NCBI GenBank assembly: GCA_963703445.1
Contig: CAVPEK010000002.1
Location: 185,154-249,153, forward strand
DNA: 64,000 nucleotides
Direction: 5' to 3'
Source of the DNA: an uncultured Thermoleophilia bacterium
GTDB lineage: Bacteria > Actinomycetota > Thermoleophilia > Gaiellales > Gaiellaceae
Part shown: positions 18,428 to 27,218 of the stretch, in pieces
Layout of the letters: each line of letters starts with the position of its first letter
How positions within the stretch are numbered: the first letter of the stretch is position 1
Translations under genes and position numbers: made by a program
Notes under the pieces: generated by a model
The model's input: only the letters and a program-made list of their open reading frames with translations
Database searches by the model: none
What the model was told of the DNA's origin: nothing

Positions 18428-19393
18428 TTGAACGACCGGAACGTTCGTGAATTGATCATCGTCGGCGGCGGGCCTGCCGGCTATACGGCCGCGCTCTATG
18501 CGGCGCGTGCCGACCTGGAACCGCTCGTGATCGAAGGGTTCCAGTGGGGCGGCCAGCTGATGATCACGAGCGACGTCGAGAACTACCCCGGGTACGCCGA
18601 CGGCGTGATGGGGCCGGAGATGATGGCCGACTTTCGCCGCCAGGCCGAGCGCTTCGGCGCGGAGTTCATCACCGACGACGTCACGAAGGTCGACTTCTCG
18701 GAACAGCCGCTGCGCGTCTGGGTCGGGGGCGACGAGTACCAGGCACGGGCGGTGATCGTTGCGACTGGAGCGAGCGCACGCTGGCTTGGGATCGAGTCGG
18801 AGGAGCAGCACAAGGGCCGTGGCGTCTCGGCTTGTGCCACCTGTGATGCTGCGTTCTTCCGCGACAAGGACGTCTACGTCGTCGGAGGCGGCGACTCCGC
18901 CTTCGAGGAGGCGTTGTTCCTGTCGAAGTTCGCCTCGCGGGTGCACCTGGTTCATCGCCGCGACGAGTTCCGCGCGTCGAAGATCATGATCGACCGTGCA
19001 GAACAGAACGAGAAGCTCGACTTCGTGCTGAACGCGGTCGTCGAGGAGATCGTCGGCGACGTGAGGGTCGAGGCGCTCCGCCTGCGCAGCACCGCGACCG
19101 ATGCGACGTGGGAGGTGCCGGCCGACGGGCTGTTCGTCGCGATCGGGCACGATCCCAACACGTCACTGTTCGTCGACCAGCTCGACCACGATGAGAACGG
19201 CTACCTGGTCACCAAGCCGGGCTCGACGGAGACGAACATCCCCGGCGTGTTCGCCGTCGGAGACGTGCAGGATCACACCTACCGGCAGGCGATCACGGCC
19301 GCTGGGTCCGGATGCATGGGCGCACTCGACGCGGAGCGGTTCCTCGCCGCGTTATCCGGCCATCCGGGCACGGCTCTGACCGCACAGCGTTAG
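18428..19393 (+). CDS. trxB: Thioredoxin-disulfide reductase
   Basis: IIVGGGPAGYTAALYAAR, the redox-active site ACATCDA and the second dinucleotide motif VVGGGDSAFEEA are all present. A TTG at 18428 preceded by GGAGAGGAG is preferred over the track start at 18383. Confidence 0.9.
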   Translation: MNDRNVRELIIVGGGPAGYTAALYAARADLEPLVIEGFQWGGQLMITSDVENYPGYADGVMGPEMMADFRRQAERFGAEFITDDVTKVDFSEQPLRVWVGGDEYQARAVIVATGASARWLGIESEEQHKGRGVSACATCDAAFFRDKDVYVVGGGDSAFEEALFLSKFASRVHLVHRRDEFRASKIMIDRAEQNEKLDFVLNAVVEEIVGDVRVEALRLRSTATDATWEVPADGLFVAIGHDPNTSLFVDQLDHDENGYLVTKPGSTETNIPGVFAVGDVQDHTYRQAITAAGSGCMGALDAERFLAALSGHPGTALTAQR

Positions 19394-19430
19394 GGGCTGG
19401 GCCAGCCGACGCCCGGGCTAGCCTCGGGGC

Positions 19431-20342
19431 GTGCCAGAGCGTCCCGAGTGGATCGACCTGATCGACCCGTCACGGGACGACCTGCAGGACAAGCTGCCGG
19501 AGAACGTCCACGAGACGGCGTTGCGAGCGCTGCTCGCCCCGCACATCCACGACGACGAGCCGCGGCCCAGGATCGAGTCGCAGGGCGACTACGTCCTGGG
19601 GATCTTCCTCATCCCGATCGCCGTTCCGGACGAGAATCGCGTGTACTACCAGGAGATCGATTTCGTCGCGACGCTCGAGACCTTCGTGACGGTCTCCAAG
19701 ACGCCCCCGGGTGAGGAGGCCTTCGACCCGAAGCCTGCGAAGGAGGCCTGCCGTTCGAACGAGGACGTCGGCATGAACGCGTACCACCTCGTCGATCTGA
19801 TCGCCGAGCGGTTTCTCGACCTCGTCGATGACCTCGACGACGAGATCGAGGAGCTCGAGGACATGGTCGGCCCCGAGCCGGTACGGGTGGTGGGCCAAAG
19901 ACTGCGCAGTCTCCGCCAGGACGTGCGGGGGATCCGGCGCACGCTCACCCCGACACGCGACGCGGTGCGCCGGATCGTCGACGATCGAGTGGAGCTCGAC
20001 GAGGGCGAGCTGTTCCCGCGGCCCGTTGAGATCGCGTTCGGCGACGCCTACGACAAGCTCCTCCGGGCGACCGAAGCTCTCGAATCGTCCCGCGACGCGC
20101 TCGGAGGTGTCCGCGACTATCTCCAGGGCAAGATCGCGAACGACCAGAACGAGGTGATGAAGCGGCTGACGGTGATCGCGTCGCTCCTGCTCGTCCCCAC
20201 GTTCATCGTAGGCCTGTACGGCCAGAACTTCCGCCACATCCCGGAGCTCGCGTGGGGCTACGGCTACTGGTGGTCGTGGGGCTGGATCCTCCTGACGACG
20301 GTCGCCCAGCTTGCGTTCTTCCGCTGGAAGAGGTGGATCTGA
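19431..20342 (+). CDS. CorA-family divalent cation transporter
   Basis: The C-terminus has two TM helices with YGQNF (a variant of the CorA YGMNF motif), after a long soluble N-terminal domain. Confidence 0.75.
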   Translation: MPERPEWIDLIDPSRDDLQDKLPENVHETALRALLAPHIHDDEPRPRIESQGDYVLGIFLIPIAVPDENRVYYQEIDFVATLETFVTVSKTPPGEEAFDPKPAKEACRSNEDVGMNAYHLVDLIAERFLDLVDDLDDEIEELEDMVGPEPVRVVGQRLRSLRQDVRGIRRTLTPTRDAVRRIVDDRVELDEGELFPRPVEIAFGDAYDKLLRATEALESSRDALGGVRDYLQGKIANDQNEVMKRLTVIASLLLVPTFIVGLYGQNFRHIPELAWGYGYWWSWGWILLTTVAQLAFFRWKRWI

Positions 20343-20417
20343 TCCACACCAAGCGTTAAGAGGCCCTCGCAGCCGTCAAATCCGCCTGCGCACGTCCCGC
20401 GTACTCCGACACATCAC

Positions 20418-21440
20418 GTGATGAGAGAGGTGCGCAAACACGACGGCCACCTGATCCGCGAAGGTAGAGCGGCCCGGGCGTTCTGGCTGCGAGAGCCCGG
20501 GTGCGGCGAGATCCGGGCCGTCGCCCTCCCCGAGCCGGGCCCTGGCGACGTCGTCGTCCGGACGCTGCGGTCGGGGATCAGCCGCGGCACCGAAACGCTC
20601 GTGTTTCGCGGCTCTGTGCCACTCGACCAGCGGGCAAGGATGCGTGCGCCGTTCCAGGAAGGCGACTTTCCGGGGCCGGTCAAGTACGGCTACCTGAACG
20701 TCGGCGCGGTGGAGGAGGGGCCCGCAGAGCTGCGCGGCCGCACCGTGTTCTGTCTCTACCCGCACCAGACTGCGTACGTCGTGCCTGCGCGCGCCGTCTC
20801 GGTCGTGCCCGACGGCGTCTCGGAAGCCCGTGCAGTGCTCGCCGGCACCGTCGAGACGGCAATCAACGCGCTGTGGGACGCGGCGCCTTCCGTGGGCGAC
20901 CGGGTAGCCGTCGTGGGTGCCGGCATGGTGGGCTGCTGCGTCGCCCGGCTGCTGCAGCTGTATCCGGCCGTGCAAGTGACGCTCGTCGACGTCGATCCCG
21001 GCCGCGCCGACATCGCGGCCGCTCTCGACGTCGACTTCGCGCAGCCGGAGGGCGCTCCACGGGACCTCGACCTGGTCGTGCATACGAGTGCGTCGTCGGC
21101 GGGGCTTCAGCTCTCGTTGGACCTGCTCGCCGACGAGGGCACCGTCCTCGACCTCAGCTGGTACGGCGACAGCGAGGTTCGTCTCTCGCTGGGAGGGGCG
21201 TTCCACGCCGGCCGCCTCGCCATCCGCTCGAGCCAGGTCGGAACTCTCTCCCCCACCCGGGCCTCGCGCCGGACGTTCGCCGAACGGCGCGCGCTGGCGC
21301 TCGAGTTGCTGCGCGACCGTGCCTTCGACGCCTTGCTCACGGGCGAGTCGCGCTTCGACGAGCTGCCCGAGGTGATGGCGCGTCTGGCCGCCGGAACACT
21401 GCCGGCTCTCTGTCACACGCTCACCTATGGCGAGGCGTAG
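20418..21440 (+). CDS. MDR-superfamily (zinc-type alcohol dehydrogenase-like) oxidoreductase
   Basis: It has a GroES-like N-terminal region and the Rossmann motif VAVVGAGMVGCCVARL. SGISRGTE replaces the usual Cys-containing zinc-ligand segment. It is the first gene of the coupled cluster. Confidence 0.75.
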   Translation: MMREVRKHDGHLIREGRAARAFWLREPGCGEIRAVALPEPGPGDVVVRTLRSGISRGTETLVFRGSVPLDQRARMRAPFQEGDFPGPVKYGYLNVGAVEEGPAELRGRTVFCLYPHQTAYVVPARAVSVVPDGVSEARAVLAGTVETAINALWDAAPSVGDRVAVVGAGMVGCCVARLLQLYPAVQVTLVDVDPGRADIAAALDVDFAQPEGAPRDLDLVVHTSASSAGLQLSLDLLADEGTVLDLSWYGDSEVRLSLGGAFHAGRLAIRSSQVGTLSPTRASRRTFAERRALALELLRDRAFDALLTGESRFDELPEVMARLAAGTLPALCHTLTYGEA

Positions 21441-21446
21441 AACGGC

Positions 21447-21845
21447 GTGTTCAGCCTGACCGTCCGCGATCACTTCATGATCGCCCACAGCCTCCGGGGC
21501 GAGACCTTCGGGCCGGCACAGAGGCTCCACGGTGCGACGTATGTCGTCGAAGCGACGTTTCGACGCACGGAACTCGATGCCGACGGCGTCGTCGTCGACA
21601 TCGGGCGTGCGGCCGAGGCGCTGCGCGCCGTGCTGGCAGAGCTCGACTACCGCAACCTCGACGACGAGCCGAGTCTCGCCGGCGAGAACTCGACGACGGA
21701 AGCCCTCGCTCGCGTGATCGCGAACCGGCTCGCGGAGCGCACCCAGGCCGGCGTGCTCGGAGAGGGCGCCCGGGAGCTGCGCAGCCTCGTGGTCACACTG
21801 CACGAGTCGCCCGTCGCCTCTGCGTCGTACGAGCGGTCGCTGTGA
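21447..21845 (+). CDS. 6-pyruvoyl-tetrahydropterin synthase / QueD-like T-fold protein
   Basis: 132 aa. FMIAHSL...[12 protein letters not shown]...DYRNLDD is the typical PTPS-family pattern. Confidence 0.75.
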   Translation: MFSLTVRDHFMIAHSLRGETFGPAQRLHGATYVVEATFRRTELDADGVVVDIGRAAEALRAVLAELDYRNLDDEPSLAGENSTTEALARVIANRLAERTQAGVLGEGARELRSLVVTLHESPVASASYERSL

Positions 21846-22894
21846 ACGGCGTCCATTTCATCGTCCCGGCAGGCATCGACGATCCGGACGAGCCGAGTGG
21901 AGGCAACGCCTACGACCGCCGAATTGCACGCGATCTCGCCGCCGCGGGTTGGACGGTGCACGTCCAGGAGGTTTCGGGATCGTGGCCGCGGCCCGACGCT
22001 CGGTCGCTCGACCGCCTCGCGAGTACCGTCAATCGAATCCCCGACGGGGCGCTCGTCCTGCTCGACGGGCTCGTCGCTTCGCCCGCGCCGGAAGTAGTGG
22101 CCTCGGAGGCGGGGCGCCTGCGGCTCGTCGTCCTCGTGCACATGCCGCTCGGTGAGGGCACGGCCAATGGCGACCGGGAGCGAGAAGCGACCGTCCTCCT
22201 GGCCGCCGCGTCCGTCCTCACCACCAGCGCCTGGACCCGGCGGACCCTGCTGGAGCTCTACGGCCTTCCGAGCGACCGCGTCCACGTGGCCGAGCCCGGG
22301 GTCGATCCGGCCGAGCTCGCGCCCGGAACCGCCGCCGCAGGAGCGCTGCTCTCTGTTTCTGCAGTGATCCCGGGCAAAGGTCACGACGTCCTCCTCGAGG
22401 CGCTCGCGCCCCTGAGGGGCTGTCGTTGGGGGTGCAGGTGCATCGGCAGCCTCGAGCGCGACCCGGCCTTCGTGGAACGCCTGCACCGACAGGCCGTCGA
22501 CGCCCGGATCGACGACCGAGTGCGCTTCTCAGGCGCGCAGGGCGAGGCCGAGCTTGCCCGCAGCTACGCCGCATCGGACCTGCTCGTCCTCCCGTCGCGC
22601 GCCGAGAGCTACGGGATGGTCGTTGTGGAGGCGCTCGCGCGCGGGCTTCCTGTCGTCGCCGCCGAGGTCGGCGGCGTGCCGGAGGCTCTGGGCCACGGCG
22701 CCGACGGAACTCGGCCGGGCCTGCTCGTTCCCCCAGGAGACTCCGTCGCGCTCTGCGGCGCGCTCCGGAGCTGGCTCGAGGATGCCGAGCTCCGCCGGCG
22801 GTTGCGCCGTGCGGCCCGGGAGCGGCGCGAGTCGCTCGCGGCTTGGTCGACGACCACGTCCTCCGTCGCGGCGGTGCTCGGGAGGGCGGCGTGA
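21842..22894 (+). CDS. Glycosyltransferase, GT4-like (GT-B fold)
   Basis: The GTG at 21842 overlaps the upstream stop (GTGA). The C-terminal domain carries [31 protein letters not shown], the E-x7-E region of GT4 enzymes. Confidence 0.8.
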   Translation: MNGVHFIVPAGIDDPDEPSGGNAYDRRIARDLAAAGWTVHVQEVSGSWPRPDARSLDRLASTVNRIPDGALVLLDGLVASPAPEVVASEAGRLRLVVLVHMPLGEGTANGDREREATVLLAAASVLTTSAWTRRTLLELYGLPSDRVHVAEPGVDPAELAPGTAAAGALLSVSAVIPGKGHDVLLEALAPLRGCRWGCRCIGSLERDPAFVERLHRQAVDARIDDRVRFSGAQGEAELARSYAASDLLVLPSRAESYGMVVVEALARGLPVVAAEVGGVPEALGHGADGTRPGLLVPPGDSVALCGALRSWLEDAELRRRLRRAARERRESLAAWSTTTSSVAAVLGRAA

Positions 22895-23715
22895 CAGCAG
22901 CCGCGGCGACCGGTGTCAGCCCCGCCTGGCTCGACCTGCGCGAGCGAGCAGACGGCGCGGCCCGCTCGCGAGACCTCGTCCGGCGACTCCGCCCGCGGCT
23001 TCCCGACGACCGTCCCCTGGTCGTCCACGACCTTGCGTGCGGCAGCGGGTCGATGGGCCGCTGGCTCGCCCCGCTGCTGGCCGGGCCGCAGCGCTGGGTC
23101 CTCCACGACCGCGACCCGGATCTGCTGGCCCTTGCCGAGTCCGCCGTCCCAGACTCCTCCGCCGACGGGGCCGTCGTCACCGTCGAGACCAGGCTGTCCG
23201 ACGTCACCCGGCTCGACCCCGAGGAGCTAGCCGGATCGAATCTCATCACTGCGTCCGCCTTGCTCGATCTGCTCACCGAGGACGAGTTGGCTGCCCTCGT
23301 CGAGGTCTGCGCAGACGCCGGATGCCCGGTGCTCTTCGCGCTCTCCGTCACGGGACGCGTCCAACTGCTCCCGGCTGATCCCTTCGACTCGCGCGTCGCG
23401 GCTTCCTTCGACGCACACCAGCGTCGCGTGACCCCCCGCGGCCGCCTCTACGGCCCTGACGCCGGCGAGGCCGCCGTCAGGGCCTTCCGCCGGCTCGGGG
23501 CCGAGACCGTCGTCAGGCCCAGCCCGTGGCGACTCGGCCCCGAAGACGCCGGACTCACCGCCGAGTGGCTCGCGGGTTGGATCGAAGCCGCGTGCGAGCA
23601 GGACGCGGACCTGGCTACGGACGTCGATCCGTATCGGCGGCGACGACTGCGGGAGGCGGAAGCGGGCCGCCTCGCCGTCACCGTTGGCCACGCCGACCTC
23701 CTGGTGCTGCCGTGA
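22891..23715 (+). CDS. Class I SAM-dependent methyltransferase
   Basis: The GTG at 22891 overlaps the upstream stop (GTGA). It has the motif I-like segment VVHDLACGSGSMGRWL and the acidic motif II HDRD. Confidence 0.7.
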   Translation: MTAAAATGVSPAWLDLRERADGAARSRDLVRRLRPRLPDDRPLVVHDLACGSGSMGRWLAPLLAGPQRWVLHDRDPDLLALAESAVPDSSADGAVVTVETRLSDVTRLDPEELAGSNLITASALLDLLTEDELAALVEVCADAGCPVLFALSVTGRVQLLPADPFDSRVAASFDAHQRRVTPRGRLYGPDAGEAAVRAFRRLGAETVVRPSPWRLGPEDAGLTAEWLAGWIEAACEQDADLATDVDPYRRRRLREAEAGRLAVTVGHADLLVLP

Positions 23716-24680
23716 GAGGCGCCCGTCGGTGGGCCGGGCCGGCGATCGCAGCCGCAGCGCTCACGGTCGTGATCTGGCGCCTCGGCACCGGCCCGTTCCT
23801 GGCCGGGCTGGACGCGCTCGACGGCCGCGCTCTACTGGGCGTGGCGGTCATCTTCTTCGTCACCACCCTCTGCTCTGCCTGGCGCTGGACGATCGTCTCC
23901 CGCGGTCTCGGCGTCCGCCTCTCCTTGCCGGCCGCTGTGGCGGCCTACTACCGGGCGGTTTTCCTCAATCTCGTGCTCCCTGCCGGTGTCGCCGGAGACG
24001 TCCATCGTGGCGTCAGTCACGGCCGCGAGGTCAATGACGTCGGCCGTGGCATGAGAGCCGTCGTGTGGGAGCGGGCCGCCGGGCAGTTCGTCCAGGTCGC
24101 ACTGGCGATCGCCGTCCTGCTGGTGTTGCCGTCACCTGTGCGCTCATCCATGCCCTTCGTCGCGATTGCAGCGGTCATGGTCGTGCTGGGAGTTGTCGGC
24201 GCGAGTCGGATGAGAGCGAAAGGCCGGCATTCTCGGTTGACGCGGATCTGGAACACGGTGGTAACCGACATCCGTGACGGAGTGCTGCGGCGGAACGCGC
24301 TTCCGGCGGTCGTCGTCGCATCGACCGTTGTGTTCATCGGCCACGCGGCCACGTTCCTGGTCGCGGCGCGGACGGTCGGCGTCGACGCGCCGCTCTCGAA
24401 GCTCCTACCTCTGGCTTTGCTCGCGCTGCTCGCCATGGTGCTTCCGAGCATCGGCGGCTGGGGGCCGCGCGAGGGGGCAACCGCATGGGTGTTCGCGGCC
24501 GCGGGCCTCGGGGCGGACCGCGGCGCCGCGACCGCCGTCGCGTACGGCGTCCTGGTGCTCGTCGCCAGCCTTCCCGGAGCGGCGGTGCTCGTTGTGGGAT
24601 GGCTCCCGCGCCATCATTTCTCGAGGGCTCGGTCGCGTAGGCGGGTCGTCTTCGGACCGGAAGGAGCAGCGGATGCGTGA
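23712..24680 (+). CDS. Polytopic membrane protein, lysyl-PG-synthase-TM / flippase-like (UPF0104-type)
   Basis: The GTG at 23712 overlaps the upstream stop (GTGA). It has about 8 predicted TM helices, and segments such as AYYRAVFLNLVLPAGVAGDVHR and PSIGGWGPREGA resemble the flippase-like domain family. Confidence 0.65.
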   Translation: MRGARRWAGPAIAAAALTVVIWRLGTGPFLAGLDALDGRALLGVAVIFFVTTLCSAWRWTIVSRGLGVRLSLPAAVAAYYRAVFLNLVLPAGVAGDVHRGVSHGREVNDVGRGMRAVVWERAAGQFVQVALAIAVLLVLPSPVRSSMPFVAIAAVMVVLGVVGASRMRAKGRHSRLTRIWNTVVTDIRDGVLRRNALPAVVVASTVVFIGHAATFLVAARTVGVDAPLSKLLPLALLALLAMVLPSIGGWGPREGATAWVFAAAGLGADRGAATAVAYGVLVLVASLPGAAVLVVGWLPRHHFSRARSRRRVVFGPEGAADA

Positions 24681-25381
24681 GCGCCCGTACACACTGCTCT
24701 CCTGCTGCACGTCGCTCGACGGCTACATCGCCAGTGCGGCGTCGCGACTGCTCCTATCGAACGACGCCGACCTCGATCGCGTCGACGCGGTGCGCGCTTC
24801 CTGCGACGCGATTCTGGTCGGGGCGGAGACCGTGCGGATCGACAATCCCCGGCTCGTCGTGCGATCCGGACGCTCGTCGTGACGAGCGGGCCGCGCGCGG
24901 CCTGCCGGAGTCGCCGATGAAGGTGACCGTGACGCGACGTGCCGCGCTGGATGCCCGCGCCGACTTCTTCAACGTGGGAGACGCCGAGAAGATCGTCTAT
25001 TGCGCGAGCCCGCGGGTGGCAGACGCGCGCGATCGTCTCGGCCCGGTCGCGACCGTCGTCGACGCCGGCGACGATGTCGAGATGCGCACGCTGAGCACCG
25101 ACCTGGCGGCGCGAGGCGTCGACCGGTTGATGGTGGAGGGCGGCGGCACCGTCCACACGCAGTTCCTCACGGACGACATCGTCGATGAGCTGCAGTTGAC
25201 CGTCGCCCCGATTTTCGTCGGCGACTCGGAGGCGCCCAGGTTCGTGCGTGACGGCATCTTCCCCTGGAGCCCCGCCCGTCGGGCAGAGCTCGTCGAGGTA
25301 CAGAAGCTCGGCGACGTGGTTCTTCTGCGCTACGCCCTCTCGTCACGGTTCGAGGAAGCTGCGCGAGGGAACGGATGTTGA
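24673..25381 (+). CDS. RibD C-terminal-domain (pyrimidine/dihydrofolate-type) reductase, split by an apparent 1-nt frameshift
   Basis: The ATG at 24673 follows AAGGAG. The N-terminal part MRERPYTLLSCCTSLDGYIA...DAILVGAETVRIDNPRLVVRS stops at 24880-24882. The rest (DARRDERAARGLPESPMKVTVT...LMVEGGGTVHTQFL...VAPIFVG) continues in the frame of ORF 24677..25381. The junction is at TCCGGAC, about 24865-24871. Confidence 0.75.
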
Positions 25382-26076
25382 TGCGACTCCCAACGGCGAC
25401 GCTCCGCACGCAGGTCGAGCTACCGCTGCGGTTTGCAGACGGATACACGACCGACGCCCAGGTGTTCAGCTTCGACGGGCTCGTCGACGGTCTGGAGCAT
25501 CTCGCGTTCGCGCTCGGCGATCCTCGGGCCCTTCATTCCGCCGACGAGCGGCACGTGCCGCTCGTCCGCCCCCACAGCGAGTGCCTCACCGGAGACGTGT
25601 TCGGTAGCCGCCGGTGTGACTGCGGGCCGCAGCTCCGCGAGGCCGTCGAGCGCATCGCCGAAGTCGGGGGCTACCTCCTCTACCTCCGTCAGGAGGGCCG
25701 GGGCATCGGGCTCTACTCCAAGCTCGAGGCATATGCGCTGCAGGATGCCGGGATTGACACCTACGACGCGAACCTCGCGCTCGGCCACGACGAGGACGAG
25801 CGCAGCTACGTCGCCGCGGCTCAGATGCTGCACGCGCTCGGCGTGTATCGCATCGCACTCCTCAGCAACAACCCCGACAAGGCGCGGCAGCTGCGGTCCT
25901 GCGGCGTCACCCTGGTCGAGCAGGTGCCGACGGGGGTATACGTTTCTGCCGCAAACCACCGCTACCTGGAGACGAAGGCGCGGCGCGGCCGGCACACACT
26001 CGAGCTCCCGAGCGTCCTGAGGTCGCTCTCAGGTGACGCCCGGTCCGCGGAATCTGATGCGGCGGCTGCGAGGTAG
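25375..26076 (+). CDS. ribA: GTP cyclohydrolase II
   Basis: VRPHSECLTGDVFGSRRCDCGPQL contains the three zinc-ligand Cys residues. YLRQEGRGIGLYSKLEAYALQD and LLSNNPDK are also present. There is no DHBP-synthase domain. Confidence 0.88.
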   Translation: MLMRLPTATLRTQVELPLRFADGYTTDAQVFSFDGLVDGLEHLAFALGDPRALHSADERHVPLVRPHSECLTGDVFGSRRCDCGPQLREAVERIAEVGGYLLYLRQEGRGIGLYSKLEAYALQDAGIDTYDANLALGHDEDERSYVAAAQMLHALGVYRIALLSNNPDKARQLRSCGVTLVEQVPTGVYVSAANHRYLETKARRGRHTLELPSVLRSLSGDARSAESDAAAAR

Positions 26077-26085
26077 GTACGCACG

Positions 26086-26550
26086 ATGCCACTCAGGTCC
26101 GAGAGCCGCCTGACAATCGCCGGCACCGTCCCCGAAGTGTGGGCGTATGTCTGCGACGTGGAGCGCTGGCCGGAGTGGGCGCCGACCGTCCGGCAAAGCT
26201 GGGTTCGCGGAGGGGCTCCGCTCCAGCCCGGCTCGCAGGTGGAGCAGCGGGCGAAGTTGCCCTTCGGGGCCACACGCCACCGGGCGCAGAACGTGACCCT
26301 GGTCGAGGCGCCACGCCGCGTGGCGTTCGCCGGGCCGATGGGCACCTCCACAGCGCGCTGGGGAATGGAGCTCGAGCCGGCCGGCGACGCGCAGACCGAG
26401 GCCGTCATGTGGGTTGAGGTCGACCTCAAGAATGTGATGCGCGCGATACCCGGCCGCGTCCTCAACGACAGGATCCGGCGCGTGATGGATGTCGAGATGG
26501 CGGCGATCAAGGCTGCGGTCGAGTCCGCCGTGCCAGGCGGCTCGCATTGA
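26086..26550 (+). CDS. SRPBCC (polyketide cyclase/START-like) ligand-binding protein
   Basis: 154 aa. The VWAYVCDVERWPEWAP pattern is typical of the SRPBCC family. It lies 9 nt after ribA. Confidence 0.65.
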   Translation: MPLRSESRLTIAGTVPEVWAYVCDVERWPEWAPTVRQSWVRGGAPLQPGSQVEQRAKLPFGATRHRAQNVTLVEAPRRVAFAGPMGTSTARWGMELEPAGDAQTEAVMWVEVDLKNVMRAIPGRVLNDRIRRVMDVEMAAIKAAVESAVPGGSH

Positions 26551-27218
26551 GCGAGATCGACACCACGCGAGAGCGCCTGATCAAGACGTACCGCAAGAAG
26601 GCGAAGCACTACGACCTCACCTCGCGGCTCTACCCCGTTCCCGGGTACCCACAGCAGGCCCAGCGTGTTCGCGCCGTACAAGCACTCGGGCTTCGCCCGG
26701 GAGGCACCGTGGTCGACATCGCCTGCGGCACCGGTCTGAACTTCTCGCTCATCGAGCAGGTGATCGGCCCCAAGGGCAGGATCGTCGGGGTCGATCTGAC
26801 CGACGCGATGCTCACACAGGCCCAGCATCGAATCCGGTCCAACGGGTGGGGCAACATCAGCCTGGTGCAAGCGGACGCGGCGGCATTCGACTTCCCAACC
26901 GAGGTCGACGCGATCCTCTCGACCTACGCTCTGACGCAGGTTCCCGAATGCGGAGACGTGATCGCTCGCGGCGCTGCGGCCCTGTCCTACGGTGGACGCT
27001 GGGCCGTGTTGGATCTCAAGGCTCCGGACAATGCGCCTCGGTGGTTGGCCCAGCTCGGGATCGCTCTCGCGCGGCCCTTCGGGTCGATCGACGACTGGAT
27101 CATGCGCCGTCCGTGGGAGAGGATCGGCGCCGCTATGCACGATACGCTGGCTGATCTCTCCTGGACCGAGTTGTTCTTCGGAACCGCGTTCCTCGCTGCG
27201 GGATCCCGCGGCTCCTAG
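26547..27218 (+). CDS. Class I SAM-dependent methyltransferase
   Basis: The TTG at 26547 overlaps the upstream stop (TTGA). Motif I is VVDIACGTGLN and the post-I segment is VGVDLTDAML. Confidence 0.75.
   Translation: MSEIDTTRERLIKTYRKKAKHYDLTSRLYPVPGYPQQAQRVRAVQALGLRPGGTVVDIACGTGLNFSLIEQVIGPKGRIVGVDLTDAMLTQAQHRIRSNGWGNISLVQADAAAFDFPTEVDAILSTYALTQVPECGDVIARGAAALSYGGRWAVLDLKAPDNAPRWLAQLGIALARPFGSIDDWIMRRPWERIGAAMHDTLADLSWTELFFGTAFLAAGSRGS

Noticed and set aside
20376-21803. 475-aa minus-strand ORF
   Set aside because: It is antisense to the MDR dehydrogenase and PTPS-like genes, which have clear family motifs. Its own product has low complexity and no motifs.
25375-26076. Interpreting ribA and the RibD-C gene as part of an ordinary riboflavin operon
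   Set aside because: The locus has no deaminase domain, DHBP synthase, lumazine synthase or riboflavin synthase. The partner genes (PTPS-like protein, GT4, methyltransferases, flippase-like protein) do not belong to riboflavin synthesis. It is kept as a finding instead.
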